Assembly (NCBI GenBank): GCA_002483345.1
Contig: DLHS01000016.1
Coordinates: forward strand, 21,956 to 85,955
Source of the DNA: Bacteroidetes bacterium UBA7662
GTDB taxonomy: Bacteria > Bacteroidota > Bacteroidia > UBA7662
Reading direction: 5' to 3'
DNA length: 64,000 nucleotides
A program made the position numbers and the translations under genes. The stretch's first letter is position 1. Each line of letters begins with the position of its first letter. The notes beneath the pieces are model-generated. The model worked only from the letters and a program-made list of their open reading frames with translations. It was not told the origin of the DNA and made no database searches. Of this stretch, positions 58,184 to 64,000 are shown in pieces.

Positions 58184-59611
58184 ATGGCCGGCTTTTCCCT
58201 GTTGCAAAAACCGTTTCTCAGACAACTGCTTCGTTGGCTGTTTCCGCTGACGGCATTACTTTTTCTGACATCCGCTCCGATGGATCCGCCGGCTCGTTAT
58301 ACGCTGGCGTTGATGATCTGGATGTTGGGCTGGTGGATATTTGAACTGGCCCCCATCGCTGTAACAGCGCTTTTACCCCTGATATTTCTACCCTTAGCGG
58401 ATGTGCTTCCGCTGAAAGCAGTCGCTGCTGCTTATGGAGACCCGGTCATCTTTCTCTTTTTTTCAGGTTTTATCCTCGCTATCGCACTCGAAAAACATGG
58501 CCTTCATCTGCTTTTTTCAAGCTTTTTGCTCCACCATTTCGCCAGATCTGCAGGCAGTATTGTGCTCATTGTAATGGTGACCACCGCGTTTCTGAGTATG
58601 TGGATAAGCAATACCGCTACGGCTGTGATGATGTTACCCATCGGTTTAGCGGTGATGAAATCTTTTCTGGAACAGCATCCGACAGCAGATCCGCAGGACT
58701 GCCGGCGTTTTGCTACCTGCATGGTACTCGGAATTGCCCACAGTGCCAATATTGGTGGAGCAACCACCCTCATTGGCACACCCCCCAATGTGGTGATGGC
58801 CGGTTATATGCAGGAATTATTGCAATATGAGCTGGGTTTTGCCTCGTGGCTGTTTTTCGCGCTTCCCATTGGAATTTTCGTACTGCTGTGTTCCTGGTAT
58901 CTCATGACACATTTCCTCTTTCCGTTCAGATTCCCGGCTGGTCACGCTGTATTTTCCGTTAAAGCGGAACAGGTGAAACTCAATCAGCTGCAAAAACTCA
59001 TCGTAGTGGTCTTCTCCCTGACGGCCCTTTGCTGGATATTTAAAAATCAACTTGAAAACATAAGTGGTATCCGGCTGCACGATGCGCAGATTGGTCTGGC
59101 TGCTGCTGTCTTTTTATTCTTGCTGACAGACAAAAAAGGAGAAACCGCATTGCGTTGGCAAGATACCCGTGACTTGCCCTGGGGTATTTTGCTGCTTTTC
59201 GGTGGCGGTATTGCCCTTGCGAACGGCATGGAAACAGCCGGCATCCTGGAAGCGATTGGTACGTTTATGCAGCAGTTAGAGAGTATGCCCATGCTGCTAT
59301 TTATAATCATACTTACGGCAACAGCCATTTTTATGTCGGAAGTGATGAGTAATGTAGCCCTTGCTACGGTGATGCTGCCGATAGTCATCGGCATTGGGAA
59401 AGGCTTAGACCTGCCTCCTATGCTGCTGGTAGCACCGGTTACCCTCGCCACCACCTTTGCTTTCATGCTGCCGATTGGCACACCACCCAATGCGATTGTG
59501 TACGGCAGCGGTCAGGTAAGTCAGCAGGCTATGATACGGGCAGGCTGGTGGATGAACCTGATCTCAATCGGGGTAATCAGCCTGGTTTCTTACGTGTGGT
59601 TTAGACATTGA
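58184..59611 (+). CDS. DASS/SLC13-family anion (di/tricarboxylate or sulfate):Na+ symporter
   Basis: 475 aa polytopic protein. Duplicated hairpin-containing halves with SNTATA and SNVALA motifs typical of DASS permeases. Confidence 0.8.
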   Translation: MAGFSLLQKPFLRQLLRWLFPLTALLFLTSAPMDPPARYTLALMIWMLGWWIFELAPIAVTALLPLIFLPLADVLPLKAVAAAYGDPVIFLFFSGFILAIALEKHGLHLLFSSFLLHHFARSAGSIVLIVMVTTAFLSMWISNTATAVMMLPIGLAVMKSFLEQHPTADPQDCRRFATCMVLGIAHSANIGGATTLIGTPPNVVMAGYMQELLQYELGFASWLFFALPIGIFVLLCSWYLMTHFLFPFRFPAGHAVFSVKAEQVKLNQLQKLIVVVFSLTALCWIFKNQLENISGIRLHDAQIGLAAAVFLFLLTDKKGETALRWQDTRDLPWGILLLFGGGIALANGMETAGILEAIGTFMQQLESMPMLLFIIILTATAIFMSEVMSNVALATVMLPIVIGIGKGLDLPPMLLVAPVTLATTFAFMLPIGTPPNAIVYGSGQVSQQAMIRAGWWMNLISIGVISLVSYVWFRH

Positions 59612-59784
59612 GATTTCGAGAGGCGAGAGGCGAGACTTTTTTGCCGACCCCTGCGGGGTCACAGAGCGGAGATGAGTTATCCCTGCGGGCCACAAGCTGT
59701 GTAAGCGTAAGCGCGGCGCACCCCAGTCTGCAACCCCTCCGGGGTTGCAGAAAAAGTTTCGCCTCTCGCCTCTCGAAATCTCAA
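59608..59784. repeat. Nested-palindromic MITE/REP-like intergenic element, copy 2
   Basis: 34-nt terminal inverted repeats (59608-59641 and 59751-59784). Their 31-nt core differs by 1 nt from copy 1. A 109-bp core has three GC-rich sub-hairpins (gacccctgcggggtc; ccctgcggg; gcaacccctccggggttgc). The left arm includes the TGA stop of the DASS gene. Confidence 0.7.
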
Positions 59785-59795
59785 AATCTCCCATC

Positions 59796-61019
59796 TCAGA
59801 TACTAAGAAGCATCCTGGCAGGATCTTCCAGATATTCCTTGACGCGGAACAGAAAACTGACCGATTCTTTACCGTCGATGATGCGGTGGTCGTAGCTGAG
59901 CGCGATGTACATGACAGGGCGAATGACCACCTCACCCTGCAACGCAATGGGTCGTTCCACGATGTTGTGCATGCCCAGAATAGCCGACTGTGGTGCATTG
60001 ATGATGGGTGTGCTGAGCATAGAGCCAAACACTCCGCCATTGGTGATGGTAAAGGTACCCCCGGTCATTTCCTCAATTGTCAGCGCATTTTCACGGGCCT
60101 TTTTCGCCAGGCGACCAATCTCCGCTTCAATCTCGTGGAGTGACAGGGTCTCGGCATTGCGAATTACCGGTACAACCAGACCACGCGGTGCAGAAACCGC
60201 GATGCTGATGTCACAGAAATCGTTGTAAACAATCTCATCTCCATCAATCATGGCATTTACACCCGGGAATTCCTGTAGCGCCAGGCAGACGGCTCTGGTG
60301 AAAAACGACATAAAGCCGAGATTCACTCCATACTTTTCTTTGAATTTATCCTTGTAACGGCTCCGAAGCTCCATCAGCGGTCCCATATTCACCTCATTGA
60401 AAGTGGTAAGCATGGCTGTTTCGCTTTTTACCGCCACCAAACGCCGGGCAACGGTTTTGCGCAGCTGACTCATACGCTCACGGCGCTGGCCTCTGCTACC
60501 GGCCGCTGCTTTGGGTGTGCTTGCAGGGGCAGGGGCCGGTGCTGCAGGTGCTGCTTTGGGCTGGGCCTGCATAGCATCTTCTTTAGTGATGCGGCCATCT
60601 TTACCGGTACCGGTGACAGCGGTTGCCTCCATTCCTTTTTCAGCCAGTATTTTGGCTGCTGCAGGCGACGGATGTCCGGCAGCATAACTGTCGGTGGTAG
60701 CAGTAGTGGTGGTAGCGGCGGCTGGTGCCGGTGCAGAAGTTTCAGCAGCCGGGGTTGCTGCTGGTGCGGCAGCAGGTGCGGCAGCAGAAGTATCCAGACT
60801 GCATACAACATCGCCGATGGCCAGGGTGGCACCTTCGGGGGCGATGATTTTGAGGATGCCTGCTTGTTCCGCATTGAGTTCCATGGTGGCCTTGTCGGTC
60901 TCCAGTTCACACAATACGTCGTCCATCTTCACATAATCACCATCTTTTTTCAGCCATTTGGCGATCACTACTTCGCTGATCGACTCTCCGAGGGCTGGAA
61001 TTTTGACTTCAATGGCCAT
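59796..61019 (-). CDS. sucB: Dihydrolipoamide succinyltransferase (2-oxoglutarate dehydrogenase E2)
   Basis: Lipoyl domain [13 protein letters not shown], Ala/Pro linker, and catalytic DHRIIDG motif. Confidence 0.9.
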   Translation of the reverse strand: MAIEVKIPALGESISEVVIAKWLKKDGDYVKMDDVLCELETDKATMELNAEQAGILKIIAPEGATLAIGDVVCSLDTSAAAPAAAPAATPAAETSAPAPAAATTTTATTDSYAAGHPSPAAAKILAEKGMEATAVTGTGKDGRITKEDAMQAQPKAAPAAPAPAPASTPKAAAGSRGQRRERMSQLRKTVARRLVAVKSETAMLTTFNEVNMGPLMELRSRYKDKFKEKYGVNLGFMSFFTRAVCLALQEFPGVNAMIDGDEIVYNDFCDISIAVSAPRGLVVPVIRNAETLSLHEIEAEIGRLAKKARENALTIEEMTGGTFTITNGGVFGSMLSTPIINAPQSAILGMHNIVERPIALQGEVVIRPVMYIALSYDHRIIDGKESVSFLFRVKEYLEDPARMLLSI

Positions 61020-61031
61020 CTTATCTGCTTA

Positions 61032-63746
61032 TTAAAGGGTAAATGCTTTATTGATGATATCCTGTTGCTCGCGTTCGTGCACCTTGGCATAACCGGTTGC
61101 CGGCGATGCACTGGATTTACGACTGATAAGCTCCAGGTGTTTGTTTTGCTCATAACGGAGCATGTAGGTCCAGGCACCCATGTTTTTGGGTTCTTCCTGT
61201 ACCCAGTAGAAATCGGCTTTGGCATATTTATCATACACCGCCTGCAACTGCTTCTCAGCCATGGGGTAGACCTGCTCAATGCGGACAATGGCAATGTCCC
61301 TGCGTTTTTCCTGCTGCTGACGGGCCAGCAAATCGTAGTACAATTTACCGGTACACAAAAGCACCCGCTTGACCTTCTTCACATCGGCATAGGTATCGTC
61401 GATGATCTCGCGGAAACCACCTTTGGTAAGCTCGTCTACGGATGACACACAAAGCGGATGACGCAACAAGGCTTTGGGCGACATCACAATCAATGGCTTG
61501 CGGAACTCCCAGCTTTGCTGGCGACGCAGCAGGTGGAAGAAGTTGGCCGGCGTCGTGACATTGGCAACCACCATATTCAGTTCGGCAGCCAGTTGCAGAA
61601 AACGCTCGGGACGGGCATTGGAGTGCTCAGGGCCCTGGCCCTCGTAACCGTGTGGCAACAACATAACCAGGCCGCTCATCTTCCGCCATTTTGATTCACC
61701 CGAGCTGATGAACTGGTCGATGATGGTTTGTGCCCCATTGGCAAAATCACCGAACTGGGCCTCCCAGATGGTCAGTACATTGGGGGATGTGATGGAATAA
61801 CCGTATTCAAAACCAAGTACAGCATATTCCGACAGCAAAGAGTTGTAAATGCTGAACCGCCCCTGCTTTTCGCGGACATAATTCAGATTGACGTATAAGT
61901 CATTGGTCTTTTCATCTCTGACAGCGGCATGCCGGTGAGAGAAAGTCCCCCGGATAACATCCTGACCTGTGATACGGATTTTTTTACCTTCGGCGAGCAT
62001 GCTGCCGTACGACAACAACTCACCCATCGACCAGTTGATGGTATTCTTCTGGTACAATTCGGCCCTTTCGTCGAGTACTTTCTGAACTTTTTTGATGGGT
62101 GAAAAGCCTTCCGGAACCTTGGTGAGGGCACTGATAACCTCATCCAGTATTTTTTTGTCGACACCGGTAGCGGGCGATTGTTCGAAATCGTCGTAGGTCG
62201 ATTTACGCATATTTTCCCACTCTTTGTCAAGCGCATGGGGTTTGTACGGAACGGCATTTTGTTTCACCAGGTTCAGCCGATCCTGCAGCAGATTTTTAAA
62301 ATCCTCCTCCATTTGATGCGCTAGTTTTTCATCAATATCTCCTCTGGCGATGAGGGTCTGCTGATATACTTCCCGGGGGTTAGCGTGTTCGTCGATGAGT
62401 TTGTAGAGGGTAGGCTGGGTGAATTTCGGTTCGTCCGACTCGTTGTGGCCGTGCCTGCGGTAGCAAAGCATGTCCACAAAAATATCCTGCTTGAAAAGCT
62501 GACGGAATTCTATCGCAAATTCTATCGCAAAGGTCACTGCCTCTGCATCGTCTCCATTCACGTGCAATACAGGCACATCGATGGCTTTGGCAACAGCCGT
62601 GCAGTAATCAGACGTACGGGCATCATCAAAATCTGTCGTGAAACCGATCTGGTTGTTGATGACAAAATGCAGCGAACCACCGGTATGGAAGCCTTTGAGC
62701 TGCGACATCTGCGCTACCTCTGTCACCACGCCCTGACCAGCCACGGCTGCATCGCCATGTATGAGTACCGGCAGGATGCGGTTGTAATCTTTAGCATACA
62801 ACAGGTCGGCTTTGGCACGTACAAATCCTTCCAATACCGGATCAACAGCCTCCAGGTGAGATGGGTTGGGTACCAGATCCAGCACAACTTTCTTCCCTGC
62901 CAGTGTATCAACCTGCGATGAAAACCCAAGGTGGTATTTAACGTCCCCATCGCCGAACGACAGGTCGGGGTTGGCAATGCCTTCGAACTCGTTGAATATA
63001 TATTCGTAGGTTTTGCCCAGCACATTGGCGAGCACATTCAAACGGCCGCGGTGTGCCATGCCGATGGCGATGGCATCGATGCCGAGTTCTGCCCCTTTCT
63101 GAATCACAGCATCGAGGGCTGGAATGGTATTCTCTCCGCCTTCGAGTGAAAAGCGTTTCTGACCTACATATTTTTTATGAAGAAAACTCTCGAAGGCTAC
63201 TGCTTCGTTGAGTTTACTGAGAATACGTTTTTTCTTTTCTACCGTAAAATTGTAGTGGTAGGCTTCCTTTTCAAACTTATTCTTACACCAGTCGCGGATT
63301 TCGGTATTGCGGATGTGCATATACTCGATACCGATAGAGCGTGTGTAAATGGATTTCAGGCGATCGACAATTTCCTGCAGTGTGCCATTGGGTAAACCTA
63401 TTAATTCACCGGCTGCAAAACGGGTTTTCAGATCAGCCTCTGAGAGGTTGTGAAATTTGAGGTCGGTACCAGGCTGCCGGTCTTTGCGGGGCCGGATCGG
63501 ATTGGTCAGCGACAGCAGGTGTCCGCGGGAACGGTAGGCATGTATCAGGTGTACGACATGAATTTCTTTCTGCATTTGTTCCCCGGAAGCAGGAGGACCG
63601 GCTTCGCCGTGGTGTTGTGCAAACTCAAAGCCTTCAAAAAACTTACGCCAGCCCAGGTCGAGGGCATCGGGGTTTTCCTTGTACAGCTGAAAATAACCGT
63701 CGATCACTACAGGATCGGCATTGGCGATGTAAGAGAATTTATCCAT
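61032..63746 (-). CDS. sucA: 2-oxoglutarate dehydrogenase E1 component
   Basis: 904 aa. N-terminal MDKFSYIANADPVVIDGYFQLY. ThDP-binding GDAAVAGQG motif. Confidence 0.9.
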   Translation of the reverse strand: MDKFSYIANADPVVIDGYFQLYKENPDALDLGWRKFFEGFEFAQHHGEAGPPASGEQMQKEIHVVHLIHAYRSRGHLLSLTNPIRPRKDRQPGTDLKFHNLSEADLKTRFAAGELIGLPNGTLQEIVDRLKSIYTRSIGIEYMHIRNTEIRDWCKNKFEKEAYHYNFTVEKKKRILSKLNEAVAFESFLHKKYVGQKRFSLEGGENTIPALDAVIQKGAELGIDAIAIGMAHRGRLNVLANVLGKTYEYIFNEFEGIANPDLSFGDGDVKYHLGFSSQVDTLAGKKVVLDLVPNPSHLEAVDPVLEGFVRAKADLLYAKDYNRILPVLIHGDAAVAGQGVVTEVAQMSQLKGFHTGGSLHFVINNQIGFTTDFDDARTSDYCTAVAKAIDVPVLHVNGDDAEAVTFAIEFAIEFRQLFKQDIFVDMLCYRRHGHNESDEPKFTQPTLYKLIDEHANPREVYQQTLIARGDIDEKLAHQMEEDFKNLLQDRLNLVKQNAVPYKPHALDKEWENMRKSTYDDFEQSPATGVDKKILDEVISALTKVPEGFSPIKKVQKVLDERAELYQKNTINWSMGELLSYGSMLAEGKKIRITGQDVIRGTFSHRHAAVRDEKTNDLYVNLNYVREKQGRFSIYNSLLSEYAVLGFEYGYSITSPNVLTIWEAQFGDFANGAQTIIDQFISSGESKWRKMSGLVMLLPHGYEGQGPEHSNARPERFLQLAAELNMVVANVTTPANFFHLLRRQQSWEFRKPLIVMSPKALLRHPLCVSSVDELTKGGFREIIDDTYADVKKVKRVLLCTGKLYYDLLARQQQEKRRDIAIVRIEQVYPMAEKQLQAVYDKYAKADFYWVQEEPKNMGAWTYMLRYEQNKHLELISRKSSASPATGYAKVHEREQQDIINKAFTL

Positions 63747-63847
63747 TTCGGTCTGATAAGACTGGCGGCAAAGTTAAGAAGACTCTACTGCAATCTAGCC
63801 TTTTTAGACTGATATTAAATGCGAAAGGAGGTCTTTAGGGTATTTTT

Positions 63848-63865
63848 ATGTTGCTTATGCAACAT
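63848..63865. promoter_or_regulatory. Perfect 7-4-7 inverted repeat ATGTTGC-ttat-GCAACAT upstream of sucA, candidate operator
   Basis: Palindrome located about 100 nt upstream of the sucA start, in the otherwise ORF-free 63747-64000 region. Confidence 0.2.
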
Positions 63866-64000
63866 ATTTTCTCAGAGCGTGGACAGAATGCCTGAAAAGC
63901 ACACAGTCAAAAAGCCCCTGAGCCTTTTAAAATCCTCCTTTTGCTTTAAAATTGCTGGAAGCAGCCGGCACAGCTGAAAACTACATCAGTTTTTTAAGCC

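Noticed and set aside
60470-61445. Pro/Ala-rich and other long ORFs (146 aa, 257 aa) overlapping sucB/sucA
   Set aside because: They arise from the antisense of the Ala/Pro linker and GC-rich coding sequence of sucB/sucA, which have unambiguous motifs on the minus strand.
1-64000. CRISPR arrays, tRNA/rRNA genes, IS elements or transposases
   Set aside because: No short-spacer periodic repeats, no tRNA-like T-arm/acceptor signatures in the intergenic gaps, and no transposase or integrase-like ORFs were seen. The only repeated sequence is the two-copy palindromic element.

Overview
The window reads as a Bacteroidota-type chromosomal segment. Evidence: a UpxY-family NusG paralog, a small XrtF-type exosortase pair, a large SLBB-type Wza exporter, and TAnnTTTG-like -7 boxes. 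It is dominated by a ~47 kb surface-polysaccharide (O-antigen/EPS/CPS) biosynthesis super-locus, followed by LPS-core, TCA-cycle and housekeeping genes. The super-locus has a plus-strand block (1-11343) and a minus-strand block (11371-43173).

Plus-strand block: five GT2 glycosyltransferases, a Wzy_C-like membrane protein, GDP-mannose pyrophosphorylase, a putative Wzi-like outer-membrane beta-barrel, a second Wzy_C-like protein on the minus strand, and a GtrA-like flippase subunit with an ArnT/GT-C-like membrane transferase.

Minus-strand block (about 30 tightly packed genes) carries at least four amino-sugar pathways:
- a Pgl-like UDP-2,4-diacetamido-trideoxyhexose module (PglF/CapD, PglE-like DegT, PglD-like, PglC-like);
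- two copies of a WbpA/B/D/E-like UDP-2,3-diacetamido-2,3-dideoxy-hexuronate module;
- a WbpG/WbuX-type N-acetyl-sugar amidotransferase with HisH/HisF paralogs (acetamidino sugar);
- RfbB plus a WecE-like aminotransferase plus a SAM methyltransferase.

The same block also encodes UDP-GlcA/UDP-Xyl synthesis (ugd, uxs, on the plus strand), three GT4 enzymes, Wzx, a third Wzy_C protein, an MBOAT+SGNH O-acetylation pair, Wzz, Wza, and both a WecA-like and a PglC-like initiating transferase. A putative exosortase XrtF and its small partner protein sit inside the Pgl-like module.

Downstream: a UpxY-like antiterminator, an OMP and waaA, then tdk, lpdA, a cytoplasmic GAF-PAS histidine kinase with an AraC-type response regulator, a DASS anion transporter, and sucB/sucA.

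Two copies of a nested-palindromic MITE/REP-like intergenic element (about 127 and 177 bp, 31-nt terminal inverted repeats almost identical) sit exactly at the stop codons of two plus-strand genes, at 5.2 kb and 59.6 kb. No tRNA, rRNA, CRISPR, IS or transposase was detected.
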